A stretch of DNA of 64,000 bases from an uncultured Candidatus Binatia bacterium (GCA_965242525.1 OZ251459.1:3200001-3264000); one strand, 5' to 3'. Positions 43,802 through 57,331 are shown, numbered from the stretch's first letter. Translations and numbers: made by a program. Notes: a model not told the origin generated them from the sequence alone.

Positions 43802-45113
43802 ACGAACGCGCGACGATGGAAAAGGTCGTCAACCTTTGCAAACGGAGGGGCTTCATCTTCCCGTCCAGCGAGATCTACGGAGGACTCGGGAGCACCTGGG
43901 ACTACGGTCCCGTGGGAGTCGAGCTCAAACGCAACGTCAAGGAGGCGTGGTGGAAGGCTGTGGTGACCGGGCGCAGCGACACCGTGGGCCTGGACGCCTC
44001 GATCCTCATGCACCCGAGGGTGTGGGAGGCGTCCGGCCACGTGGCCGGCTTCTCCGATCCGTTGGTGGAGTGCAAGGAGTGCCACCTGCGCTTCCGGGAA
44101 GACCACGTGGAGGAAGGCCGGTGCCCCGAGTGCGGCGGCGAACTCACGCAGCCGCGGCAGTTCAACCTCATGTTCAAGACCTTCATGGGTCCGGTGGAGG
44201 ATACCGCGAGCACGGTGTTCCTGAGGCCCGAGACGGCCCAGGGGATCTTCGTCAACTTCCCCAACGTGCTGGACACCGCCCGCCGGAAGGTCCCCTTCGG
44301 CATCGCGCAGATCGGCAAGAGCTTCCGCAACGAGATCACGCCCGGCAACTTCATCTTCCGCACCCGCGAGTTCGAGCAGATGGAGATCGAGTACTTCGTC
44401 AAGCCCGGGGAGGACGAGGAAGCCTTCCGGTCCTGGCAGGAGGACCGCTTCCGCTGGTACGTGGACAACGGGGTCCGCGCCGAAAACCTCCGCATCCGCC
44501 CCCACGGCAGCGACGAACTGGCGCACTACGCCAAGGCCTGCGTGGACGTGGAGTACGAGTTCCCGTTCGGCTGGTCGGAGCTCGAAGGCATCGCCAACCG
44601 CGGCGACTTCGACCTGAGGCGGCACATGGAGTATAGCGGCAAGGACATGACCTACTTCGACGAGGCCGACCGGAGCCGCTACGTCCCCTACGTCATCGAG
44701 CCCTCCGCGGGGGTCGATCGCCCGCTGCTGGCGTTCCTGGTGGACGCCTACGACGAGGAGGAAGTGGAAGGGGAGCGGCGCATCGTGCTGCGCCTCGACC
44801 CGCGGCTGGCGCCGTTCAAGGCGGGGGTCTATCCGCTGCTTCGGAAGGACGGACAGCCGGAACGGGCCCAGGAGGTCCGGGACATCCTGAAGGAGCATTT
44901 CCCCGTGGTCTATGACCAGGCCGGGTCCATCGGCCGGCGTTACCGCCGACAGGACGAGATCGGCACGCCCTACGGCGTCACGGTGGACCACGAGACCATG
45001 AAGGACCGGACGGTGACGCTGCGGGACCGCGACGCCATGACCCAGGTGAGGGTTCCTGTGGACCGTCTCGTGGACGAGATCCGCGCCCGCATGGACCCGC
45101 GCACGAGGGCGCG

Positions 45114-45117
<4 letters not shown>
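43798..45117 (+). CDS. glyQS: Glycine--tRNA ligase, homodimeric type
   Basis: [53 protein letters not shown]. Confidence 0.96.
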
Positions 45118-47843
<2,726 letters not shown>

Positions 47844-47877
47844 GCAACGAGTCCCTCGTCCCCAGCGAAAGAACCCG

Positions 47878-48621
47878 ATGGCCGAGTTGCAGGAAATGCC
47901 GTCGCTGCGCATTCCCCGAACGATCCTTGCCGAATGGGGCGCGAAATGGTCGGGCAGCGAGGGAAGCCCGGACAGCGTTGGCGCCCCGACGCGAAAAAAG
48001 CCAAACCGCTTCGACAAGAAGCAGGGAATGGAGTTCGGCCGCATCTTCGACCAGGCGTTTGGCGAGGCTTTGGCCGAGATGCTCGGCGGCGTCCCTGTCG
48101 TTACGCCCAACGCAAACGCCCTGACGCCAGCGAAACCGGATTGCGTGGAAGTGGGGACGACCCGGGTCATTGGCGGAATCCGGCCCCAGAACTACGACGT
48201 AGCCTACCGCCCGGATGGCCCCCGAGTCGTTTTCGACAGCAAGACGTTGAACGATGCGGGGAGCATCCGCAAGAATTGGCAGAACATGATCAACGACCTT
48301 GCCTCCGAAGCGGCAACGGTCCACACCCGCTTTCCCTTCTGCATCGTCGCGTTCATCGTCGTTTTGCCCCTGCCCGCGTTGTTTGCGGCACAGCGTCGTG
48401 CGATACTCAGTACTCTGGAGCGTCTTGGTTCGAGAAAGGACGAACTGGATCAGCACCACTTGGCCGAGGCGATTTCCCTGGTGCTCTGGAAACCGGAAGA
48501 CGGTGGAATGGATGAGACTTTGCAGGACGAGGCGCCCTCGATCCACCTGCGGGCAATGAGCGAACGTATTCATGCCGCGTATGTCGATCGATACCAACAT
48601 CTCCCGCCGCACACGACGTGA
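47878..48621 (+). CDS. Putative type II PD-(D/E)xK restriction endonuclease
   Basis: NYDVAY...FDSKT catalytic-like motif; directly upstream of a DNA MTase. Confidence 0.6.
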   Translation: MAELQEMPSLRIPRTILAEWGAKWSGSEGSPDSVGAPTRKKPNRFDKKQGMEFGRIFDQAFGEALAEMLGGVPVVTPNANALTPAKPDCVEVGTTRVIGGIRPQNYDVAYRPDGPRVVFDSKTLNDAGSIRKNWQNMINDLASEAATVHTRFPFCIVAFIVVLPLPALFAAQRRAILSTLERLGSRKDELDQHHLAEAISLVLWKPEDGGMDETLQDEAPSIHLRAMSERIHAAYVDRYQHLPPHTT

Positions 48622-48643
48622 CGACGTGCTTCTGAAAAGCCGC

Positions 48644-50317
48644 ATGCCCGCCTTCCGGACCAACAAGCAATCGCCTACCTCACAGAAGCTGCGGGGAGGA
48701 TACTATACGCCCCGGGCCTTGGCCGAATACATGTGCCGGTGGGCTGTGCGCAGCCCATCGGAGCGGGTGATCGAACCGAGTTGCGGCGATGGCAGCTTCG
48801 TTTCCGCCGCCGCCCGCCTCCTGGACGGCAAGGGCCTGATAACCGCGGTGGAGATCGTGCCCGGGGAGATCGAGAAAGCCCGGGAATCCGTGGATGGCGC
48901 GCAGGTGCGGATGGACTGGAGATGCGGCAGCTTCTTCGACGCGGCTCCGGCGCTCCTGGAGGGGCGTCCCTACGACGTGGTCGTCGGCAACCCTCCTTTC
49001 ATAAGGTTCCAGTACTTCGACAAGGAGGAGCGCGAGCGGGCGTTTCGACTCGTCAAGTCGTCCGGCTACAAACCCACCGGCCTTGCCAACGCATGGACCG
49101 CGTTCGTCCAATTGTCCGCTGAATTGCTGCGCGAAGGCGGGCGCTTGGCAATGGTCGTTCCCGCCGAGTTGTTGCAGGTCAAGTACGCGGCTGAACTTCG
49201 TTGCCGTCTGCCGATGTTGTTCGAGGACGTCCATATCGTTGCTTTCGACGAATTGGTCTTTCCGCAGATACAACAGGAAGTGGTGCTGTTGCTGGGCGAG
49301 GGCCGGCGCCGCTATTCGGGAATCTGCGGCCGGCTGCACACCAAGCAGGTGGCCAACGGCGAGGCCCTCCTGGCCGAATCCACCATGTCCGAGGCCGTGT
49401 CCCACCTGCCGGAGCGGCACACGCACGGCGACATGAAATGGACGTCGCTTTTCCTGGAGGAGGAGGAGTTCCAGGTACTCAAGGAATGTGACGGCAACGG
49501 TTCCCTCGACCGGTTGGGGCGTCTGGCGGAAGTGGACGTCGGCATCGTAACCGGCCGCAACAGTTTCTTCGTCGTCAGCGAGGACCACGCGCGGAACCTG
49601 GGCGTTCGTGACTACGCGCTGGACGTGATCGGCCGGACCTCCGCGTTGCGGTCGGTTCGTTTTACCCGGCAGGATATGTTGTCCTACGCGAAATCGAACC
49701 GGTCCAAATTGCTCAACCTGAGCGGACTGGACCGCCGCCTGTTTCCCCGGGCGCTCGAAGAGTATATCCGACTGGGTGAGGCCCAGGGCGTGAGTTGGGG
49801 TTACAAGTGCCGCATTCGCAACCGGTGGTTCGACGTTCCGTCGGTTTCGGCGCCCGACGCCTTCCTGTTCCGGCAGATTCACCGGGCTCCCCTGCTGGTC
49901 GCGAACCATGCGGGGGCGACGGCGACGGATACGATCCATCGCGTAAGGGTGCACCGCAACGTGGACTGTGCGGCTTTGTGCGGTTCGATGGTGAACTCCC
50001 TTACTTTTGCATTGTCGGAGGTTTGTGGACGCAGCTATGGGGGTGGGGTTCTCGAGCTGGAGCCGCGCGAAGCGGAGAGCCTTCTGCTGCCGTACGATTT
50101 TGCCGACGGCCTGGACCTGGAGTACGTCGATGACCGTTTACGGGCTGGAGACCTGGAAGCGGCCCTGGACCACGGCGACGACGTCCTGCTGCGGCAGGGC
50201 TGCGGATTGTCGAAGGCTGACGTGGCGCGGGCGCGGGGGGCGTGGAACCGGCTGCGTCAGCGCCGGCAGAGGCGGAGACATGGCGCCCGACACAGGCAGC
50301 CCCGTGCGGATGGCTGA
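48644..50317 (+). CDS. Gamma-class N6-adenine DNA methyltransferase (Eco57I/PaeR7I-like)
   Basis: GGYYTP, EPSCGDGSF, GNPPF, GIVTG, GRSYGGGVLELEP. Confidence 0.9.
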   Translation: MPAFRTNKQSPTSQKLRGGYYTPRALAEYMCRWAVRSPSERVIEPSCGDGSFVSAAARLLDGKGLITAVEIVPGEIEKARESVDGAQVRMDWRCGSFFDAAPALLEGRPYDVVVGNPPFIRFQYFDKEERERAFRLVKSSGYKPTGLANAWTAFVQLSAELLREGGRLAMVVPAELLQVKYAAELRCRLPMLFEDVHIVAFDELVFPQIQQEVVLLLGEGRRRYSGICGRLHTKQVANGEALLAESTMSEAVSHLPERHTHGDMKWTSLFLEEEEFQVLKECDGNGSLDRLGRLAEVDVGIVTGRNSFFVVSEDHARNLGVRDYALDVIGRTSALRSVRFTRQDMLSYAKSNRSKLLNLSGLDRRLFPRALEEYIRLGEAQGVSWGYKCRIRNRWFDVPSVSAPDAFLFRQIHRAPLLVANHAGATATDTIHRVRVHRNVDCAALCGSMVNSLTFALSEVCGRSYGGGVLELEPREAESLLLPYDFADGLDLEYVDDRLRAGDLEAALDHGDDVLLRQGCGLSKADVARARGAWNRLRQRRQRRRHGARHRQPRADG

Positions 50318-50338
50318 CGACCGGAAGGGACGAACCCC

Positions 50339-51079
50339 ATGAGTGAACCGGACCATCAGTACGACGCCATTGCGGAGGCCTACAGGGACTCCAAGCAACT
50401 GTCGTTTCGGAAGTACGTCGAAGAGTACACGCTCTTCGAGATGCTGGGGGACGTCCGCGGGGCGGCGGTCCTGGACCTGGCTTGCGGCGAGGGGTTCTAT
50501 ACCCGCAAGATCCGGCAGGCGGGGGCGCGGGACGTCACCGGCGTGGACATTTCCGCGGCCATGATCGAGTTGGCCTTGCAGGAGGAACGCGCCCGTCCGT
50601 TGGGGTGCAGGTACCTGCAAATGGACGCGGCCCGGGTCGAGCTGTCCCAAGAGGTCGATGTGGTGGTGGCCATGTACCTCCTGAACTACGCCAGGACGGG
50701 GGACGATCTCCTCGGGTTCGTCCGCGCGGCCTACCGGAGCCTGCGGCCGGGGGGACGGTTCCTCGGGTTCAACGACAACGTCCGGAACGTTCCCAAAGGC
50801 GTCCAGGACTTTTCCCGGTACGGGTTCCGCAAGGAGTGCTCGGACGTCCCCGAAGAGGGTGACGCCATCGTGTACCGGATAACCAACGACGACGGGACCC
50901 GGTTCGAGTTCGAGAACTACTTCCTCCGTCCGGAGACCTATGGATGGGCCTTCCGGGAAGCCGGGTTCTCCGATTTCCGGTGGGTCGGCCCCCACCTGAA
51001 TCCGTCCCGGCGCAACGACCCCTTCTGGGACGACTTCATGGCCCGTCCCCCATTGATCGGGTTCAGCGCCTCGAAGTGA
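50339..51079 (+). CDS. Class I SAM-dependent small-molecule methyltransferase
   Basis: VLDLACGEG, GVDISAAMI, YLLNYA, LRPGGRF. Confidence 0.9.
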   Translation: MSEPDHQYDAIAEAYRDSKQLSFRKYVEEYTLFEMLGDVRGAAVLDLACGEGFYTRKIRQAGARDVTGVDISAAMIELALQEERARPLGCRYLQMDAARVELSQEVDVVVAMYLLNYARTGDDLLGFVRAAYRSLRPGGRFLGFNDNVRNVPKGVQDFSRYGFRKECSDVPEEGDAIVYRITNDDGTRFEFENYFLRPETYGWAFREAGFSDFRWVGPHLNPSRRNDPFWDDFMARPPLIGFSASK

Positions 51080-51101
51080 CGAGCGTCTTCGGTCTGCCCG
51101 T

Positions 51102-52232
51102 ATGCGAAACGACTTCCACCCCTGCACTTTCGCCCCTCCCCTGGTGTGGGCGCGCCTCATCCTCCGGAACCGGGGGGTGGCCAGGCCGTACTGGGGCAAG
51201 CTCGCGCGGGTCCTGGCCGTCACCGCCCTGGCCGCGCCCTTGCGCCTCGCCGAAGGGCTGCTCTATTCCCGGCAGCTCGCCAGGACCTCCATCGATCCGT
51301 CCCCGTTGTTCATCCTGGGTTTCGGACGTTCCGGCACCACCCACTTGCAGAACCTGATGACGCAGGACCCCGGTTACGGATACCTGGACGCCTTCCAGAT
51401 GGTGCTGCCGACCTTTTCCCTGGTCGGCCGGGGATGGTTGAGGCGGCTGATGGAAAAGGGCATGGGGGAGCAGACCCGCCCGATGGACGAAGTCAAGATC
51501 TCCATGGATGCGCCCCAGGAGGAAGAGGTGGCCCTCGCCAACTCGAGCCACCGGTCCTTCGTCCACCAACTCTCCTTTCCGCAGCAGGGCCGGCGGTTGT
51601 TCGACAAGTACGTGCTGATGGGGGCGGATCCGGACGGCGAGCCCCTGACCGAGAAGGAGCTGCGCCGGTGGGAGCGGGAGTGGCTCCGGGTCCTGCGCAA
51701 GATGACGCTCCACGCCGGCGGCCGACCCCTCCTGCTGAGAAGCACGACCCACATCGGCCGGGTCGATCATCTCTTGCGCCTGTTCCCCCAAGCGAAGTTC
51801 ATCCACATCGTCCGCAACCCGTACCACGTCTTCCCGTCGCTCCTGCACCTGTACCGCACGATGCTTCCCCTGTACCAGTTGGACCACTACGACTGGACGG
51901 AAGTGGAGGAGTTCCTCACCGCCGAGGCGTATCCGCGCGTGATGCGCAAGTACTTGGCGGACCGGGACCGGATTCCGGACGGCCACCTTGCGGAAGTGCG
52001 TTACGAGGACCTCGAACGGGACCCCCTGGGCGAGTTGGAGCGGCTCTACGCCGCCCTGGGCCTGCCCGGCTGGGAGGAGGCCCGGCCGCGCGTGGACGCC
52101 TACATACGGACCTTGGCCGGGTATCGCAAGAACGAATTCCGCATCGACCGTGCGGTCATCGACCGGGTGAACGACCAATGGGGGTTCGCGGTGGACGCCT
52201 GGAACTACCGGCTGCCGGAGGACGGAGCCTGA
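51102..52232 (+). CDS. PAPS-dependent sulfotransferase, Stf3-like
   Basis: FILGFGRSGTT 5'-PSB loop, RPMD..PQEEE, FPQAKFIHIVRNPY, RYEDL. Confidence 0.88.
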   Translation: MRNDFHPCTFAPPLVWARLILRNRGVARPYWGKLARVLAVTALAAPLRLAEGLLYSRQLARTSIDPSPLFILGFGRSGTTHLQNLMTQDPGYGYLDAFQMVLPTFSLVGRGWLRRLMEKGMGEQTRPMDEVKISMDAPQEEEVALANSSHRSFVHQLSFPQQGRRLFDKYVLMGADPDGEPLTEKELRRWEREWLRVLRKMTLHAGGRPLLLRSTTHIGRVDHLLRLFPQAKFIHIVRNPYHVFPSLLHLYRTMLPLYQLDHYDWTEVEEFLTAEAYPRVMRKYLADRDRIPDGHLAEVRYEDLERDPLGELERLYAALGLPGWEEARPRVDAYIRTLAGYRKNEFRIDRAVIDRVNDQWGFAVDAWNYRLPEDGA

Positions 52233-52234
52233 AC

Positions 52235-54220
52235 ATGGCGCTGCGGTTTGCCGAAGAGCTGCTCCTCCTGCTCCTGAACGAGGAAACGGGTGACTTGGCC
52301 GCGGTGCCCGAGACGCTCCTGGACCACACCCTGGCGGGCGCGGTGCTCATGGACTTGGCGCTGGAGAACCGTATCGACACGGACCCCGAAAAACTGGTCC
52401 TGCTCGACCCGACCCCGCTCCGGGACGACCTGCTGGACCCGCCGCTGGCGCGGATCGCGCAGGACGGGGGCACGCACGACGCCGAGCACTGGGTGCGCCG
52501 TATCGCAGGGGAAGGCGAACGGATCCGCGCCGCGGCGCTGTCCCGTCTGCTGCAAGCCGGCATCCTGGACTCCGCGGAGGAGGGCTCCATGTCCCTGTCC
52601 CACGGGGTGTCCCGGGCGCGCCGGTATCCCGCGGTGGACGGCAAGGCCCAGCGGGAGGTCCGGCTGCGGATCATGGGCGTGCTGTTCCGGGACGACATCC
52701 CCGAACCGCGCGACATCGTGCTCATCTGCCTGGCCGACGCCTGCGGCATGTTCGAGAAGATCCTGACCCGGGCCGAGCTGGAACAGGTGGGCGACCGTAT
52801 CGCCCTGGTCCGGCGCATGGACCTGATCGGGCAGGCGGTGGCCAGCGCCGTCCGCGATTCCGGGCAGGAGGCGGCGCCCGAGCAGAAACGGGTTCGCTTC
52901 AGGGAGATCCCCGTGGTCAAGGGGCTGCCCATCCTGGGGAGCGCCCGGGAGGCCGCTACGGACTTCGCCGCTTTCCTGACGTCCCGGTACCTGGAATTGG
53001 GGCCGGTGTTCCAGATCCGCCTCCTCCATCGGAAGCTGCTGGTGCTCGCCGGCCCGGAAGCCAACCGGTGGGTCAACCGGAAGGGTCGCTACCATCTCAG
53101 GTCGTACGAATCCTTCCGGGGGTTCGCCGAGGGGCTCGACGCGGTGTGGGCGATGCTCAACATGGACGGCAGGGAGCATGTCCGCTACCGCCAGGCTTTT
53201 GCCCCCGCGCTCTCCCGGGCGCGGTTCCAGGACCACCTGGGCCTCGCCGCGGACATTACCCGGCGCCACGTGGCGGCATGGCCGGTGGATCGACCGCTCC
53301 AACCGCTGCACGCGGTCCAGCGTGTCGTCGCCGACCAGATGGGCGTCATCCTGGCGGGCGCGTCCGCGGCCGACTACCTGGAGGACATGGTCTTCTTCCT
53401 GGAGACGCTCCTGACCACCGCGGTTGCGAAGCAGCTTCCCGCGTTCCTGTTCGCCCGCAGGTTCCGAAAGGCGCGCGCACGGCTGGAAGAGCTGGCCCGC
53501 AAGACGCTGGATGCCCATGGGCCCGGCGGGCCGCACCACCAATCCGGCGACTTGATCGACGACCTGATCGAGCTCCACCGCTCCGACCCGCAGCTCATGC
53601 CCGAGACCGACTTGACGGCCATGACGCTGGCGCCCTACCTGCTGGGGATCGAGACGGTGGCCAACACCATCGCGTTCACGCTTTACCCTATCCTGAAGCA
53701 CCCGGACCTGATGGAACGGATGACGGCCGAGGCCGACGCGCTCTTTGCCGAGGGCCCCCTGACGGTGGAAGGCCTGGGCCGGCTCGACGTGACCCACCGG
53801 GTGGTGCTGGAATCGTTGCGCCGTTACACCGTGACCCCGGTGGTCTTCCGCACCGTGGCCAACGGCTTCGAGTTTGCCGGCTGCCGCATCCCTGCCGGCG
53901 CGCCGGTCATCGTCGCCACCACGGTCACCCACCACCTGCCGGAGTTCTTCCCCGAGCCGGAACGCTTCGACATCGACCGCTACCTGCCCGGGCGCGCGGA
54001 GCACAGGCAGACGGACGCCTACGTGCCCTTCGGCGTCGGCACGCACCGGTGCCTGGGCGCCGGTTTCGCCGAGGCGGAGGTCCTGCTGACGCTGGCGGCC
54101 ATGCTGCACGGGGCCGAGCTCGCGCTGGACCCCCCCGGATACGAGTTGAAGATGACCACCGCTCCGACGCCGCGTCCGTCGAAGAGGTTCAAGTTCCGGG
54201 TCGTGCGGCGGCGCGGATGA
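52235..54220 (+). CDS. GPP34 (GOLPH3/Vps74-like) domain fused to cytochrome P450
   Basis: N-terminal about 210 aa: AEELLLL, LAGAVLMDLALENRI, DDLLD, RRYP, PRDIVLICLADACG. C-terminal part: GIET, ESLR, PERF, FGVGTHRCLG. One continuous frame. Confidence 0.85.
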   Translation: MALRFAEELLLLLLNEETGDLAAVPETLLDHTLAGAVLMDLALENRIDTDPEKLVLLDPTPLRDDLLDPPLARIAQDGGTHDAEHWVRRIAGEGERIRAAALSRLLQAGILDSAEEGSMSLSHGVSRARRYPAVDGKAQREVRLRIMGVLFRDDIPEPRDIVLICLADACGMFEKILTRAELEQVGDRIALVRRMDLIGQAVASAVRDSGQEAAPEQKRVRFREIPVVKGLPILGSAREAATDFAAFLTSRYLELGPVFQIRLLHRKLLVLAGPEANRWVNRKGRYHLRSYESFRGFAEGLDAVWAMLNMDGREHVRYRQAFAPALSRARFQDHLGLAADITRRHVAAWPVDRPLQPLHAVQRVVADQMGVILAGASAADYLEDMVFFLETLLTTAVAKQLPAFLFARRFRKARARLEELARKTLDAHGPGGPHHQSGDLIDDLIELHRSDPQLMPETDLTAMTLAPYLLGIETVANTIAFTLYPILKHPDLMERMTAEADALFAEGPLTVEGLGRLDVTHRVVLESLRRYTVTPVVFRTVANGFEFAGCRIPAGAPVIVATTVTHHLPEFFPEPERFDIDRYLPGRAEHRQTDAYVPFGVGTHRCLGAGFAEAEVLLTLAAMLHGAELALDPPGYELKMTTAPTPRPSKRFKFRVVRRRG

Positions 54221-54263
54221 CTGGCCTTCACGCCGAAAGCGGCCGCCGCAGGCCACGACAGAG

Positions 54264-54365
54264 TGGATTCCCGCTTTCGCGGGAATGACGGAGGTGGGGC
54301 GTTCGCGGTAATACGGGGCGGCGTCTGCGGGAATGACGGGTGTGTGGCTTTCGCAGGAATCACGG
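54264..54365 (-). repeat. REP family A copy with degenerate tandem half-copies
   Basis: TGGATTCCCGCTTTCGCGGGAATGACG followed by GCGGGAATGACG and GCAGGAATCACG variants. Confidence 0.8.
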
Positions 54366-54444
54366 AGGTGGGCCATCGTGAAAATGGCGGGTGTGGGCGT
54401 CTGCGGAAATTCCATTCTCGTGTCAAGGACACTCTGAACGACCA

Positions 54445-54495
54445 TCCCCGTTCGTCCTGAGCGTAGCGAAGCGAAGTCGAAGGGCGCGCTTTCCC
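54445..54495 (+). repeat. REP family B copy immediately upstream of the MmeI-like gene
   Basis: CCCCGTTCGTCCTGAGCGTAGCGAAGCGAAGTCGAAGGGCGCGCTTTCCC. Confidence 0.88.
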
Positions 54496-54518
54496 CCAGG
54501 TAGAAGGAACAAGGCGCC

Positions 54519-57331
54519 GTGAGGCTTTCCTGGAACGAGGTTCGGGCGCGGGCTGCGGACTTCGCCCGTGAGTGGGCGGACGCGGCCTACGAGAAGGGCG
54601 AGACCCACAGCTTCTACAACGACTTCTTCGAGATCTTCGGCGTCAAGCGGCGCACTGTGGCGCGCTACGAAGAGCACGTCCGACGCCTCGACGACACCCG
54701 CGGCTTCATCGACCTGTTCTGGCCGGGGGTGCTCCTGGTGGAGCAGAAGAGCGCCGGCCGCGGCCTTGCCGCGGCGCGGGAGCAGGCTGGCGCCTACTTC
54801 GACGCGCTCCCCGAGCGGGACCGTCCCCGCTACCAGCTCCTCTGCGACTTTCGGACGTTCGAGCTCCTCGACCGGGACGAGGGCGAGGAATGCCGTTTCG
54901 CCCTGGCCGACCTGCCCGCGCACGTGGAGAAGTTCGGCTTCATCCTCGGGGTGCAGCGGCGCACGTTCCGGGACCAGGACCCGGTGAACGTCGAAGCGTC
55001 CGAGTTGGTGGCGCGGCTGCACGACGCCCTCAAGGCATCGGGTTACGACGGCCACGACCTGGAACTGTTCCTGGTGCGCACGGTCTTCTGCCTCTTCGCC
55101 GACGACACCGGCATCTTCGAGCCCCGGGACATCTTCCTCGACTTCGTGGAGGAACGGACGGCTGCGGACGGCAGCGACCTCGGCCCCTGGCTGTCCCGTC
55201 TGTTCCAGGTGTTGCACACGCCGGAGGACCGGCGGCAGGCGAAGCTGGACGAGGACCTGGCCCGCTTCCCTTACGTCAACGGCGACCTTTTCGCCGAGCC
55301 GCTCCGCATCCCGGACTTCGACGCCGCCATGCGCCAGGCCCTGCTCGACGCCGGTGGGTTCGACTGGTCCGCCATCTCTCCGGCCATCTTCGGGGCGCTG
55401 TTCCAGTCGGTGATGGAGCCAGTGGAGCGCCGTGCGGCAGGGGCGCACTACACCACGGAGAAGAACATCCTGAAGGTGATCGAGCCGTTGTTCCTGGACG
55501 ACCTGCGGGCGGAGTTCGCGCAACTCAAGGCAAGACGCGACAGCCGCCGGGTTCCCGACCTCCACGCCTTCCAGCGGAAGCTCGGCGCGCTGCGGTTCTT
55601 CGACCCCGCGTGCGGCTGCGGCAACTTCCTCATCATCGCCTACCGGGAGTTGCGCGCCCTGGAGATCGAAGTGCTGCGGGAACTGAATCCGGGGCAGCGC
55701 CAGTTCGAGATGCTGGCGGACGTGCTGTCGGTGGTGAATGTCGATCAGTTCCACGGCATCGAGATCGGGGAGTTCCCTGCCCGCATCGCTTCCACTGCGC
55801 TGTGGATGATGGACCACATCATGAACAACCGGTTGAGCCTGGAGTTCGGACGGACCTATGCGCGGATACCCATCGAGAAGTCGCCGAACATCCGCAACGC
55901 GGACGCGTTGGAGACGGACTGGGCGGGGTGCTGCCGCCGGAGGAGTGTTCGTACGTGTTCGGCAACCCGCCCTTTGGCGGGTCCAAGTACCAATCGCCGA
56001 AGCAACGGGCGCAGGTGCGGCGCATCGCGGCTCTGGGCGGCAGCGGGGGCACCCTCGACTACGTGGCGGCGTGGTTCATCCGCGCCGGCGAGTACGTCCG
56101 GCGCGTGGAGCCGGGAAGGCCCTCTCCCCGCATCGGCTTCGTGGCCACCAACTCGATCACGCAGGGCGAACAGGCGGCGCAGCTCTGGCCGATCCTGTTC
56201 GATCGCCATGGCCTGGAGGTCGCCTTCGCCCACCGCACCTTCGCCTGGGGTTCGGACGCCCGGGGCATGGCGCACGTCCACGTGACGATCATCGGCCTGG
56301 ACGCCGCGGAACGCGGGTCAACCCAAAAGCGCCTCTTTTCCTACGAGGACGTGAAGGGCGAACCGCTCGAAAGCCGCCACGCGGTGGTCACGCCGTACCT
56401 GTTCGACGGCGGCGGACTGGCGAACCCGCACTTGGTGGTGCGGGAGGAAGGACGGCCGGTCAACAGGCTGCCGCGGCTCGTCATCGGATCGAAACCGATC
56501 GACGGCGGCCACTACATACTGGACGCCAAGGCGCGCGTTGCGCTGCTCGACGCCTGCCCGGCCGCGGAACCGTACGTCCGTCCCTACGTCGGCGCCTATG
56601 AATACATCAACGGCAAGAACCGCTGGATCCTGTGGCTCGGGGATGCGCCGCCGGAATTGCTGCGGCGCGAGCCGGCGCTCCGCGAACGCGTGGCCGCGGT
56701 GCGCGGGTTGCGCCAACGGAGCAAGAGCGCGCCCACCCGCGCCCTGGCGGAGACCCCGACGCTGTACCACGTCAACGTCATCCCCGACGCCCCGTTCCTG
56801 GTCATCCCCAAGGTCAGTTCCGAACGGCGCGAGTACGTTCCCATTGGCTGGTTGCAACCGCCGACCATTCCCAGCGACCTCGTTTTCGTCCTCGAAGGCG
56901 CCACCAAGTCGACGTTCGCCCTCCTGACCTCCGCCATGCACATGGCGTGGCTGCGGCACATCGGCGGACGCCTGGAAAGCCGCTACCGCTATTCCATCGG
57001 ACTCGTCTATAACACCTTCCCGCTCCCGTCCGTTCCGGAAGCGGACCTCGAAGCCCTGACGCCCCACGCGGACGCCGTACTCGCCGCACGCGCCAACCAT
57101 CCCGGCGCCGCACCGGCCGACCTCTACGCCCCGGACCTGACGCCGCCCGACCTTCGCCGCGCCCACCGCCAACTCGACCGCGCGGTCGATCGCCTCTACC
57201 GCAGAGCCGCGTTCGCCTCCGAACGGGAGCGAGTCGAGCACCTCTTCACTCTCTACGAGCGTCTCCAGGCCCCCCTTGTCGCAGAAGCCGCCAAGCGACC
57301 CAAGCGCAAACGCCGCGGCACGGGGCCATGA
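54519..57331 (+). pseudogene. MmeI/YeeA-like type IIL restriction-modification enzyme, frameshifted at G4 55925-55928
   Basis: FIDLFWPG..EQKS nuclease, GAHYT, FDPACGCGNFL; GNPPF, FVATNSITQGEQ, SSERREY and YNTFP lie in another frame; adding one G restores DWAGVLPPEECSYVFGNPPF. Confidence 0.9.

Noticed and set aside
51146-52234. 1024-aa ORF suggesting a longer fusion upstream of GPP34-P450
   Set aside because: The first 363 codons are a shifted frame over the sulfotransferase; the real start is 52235
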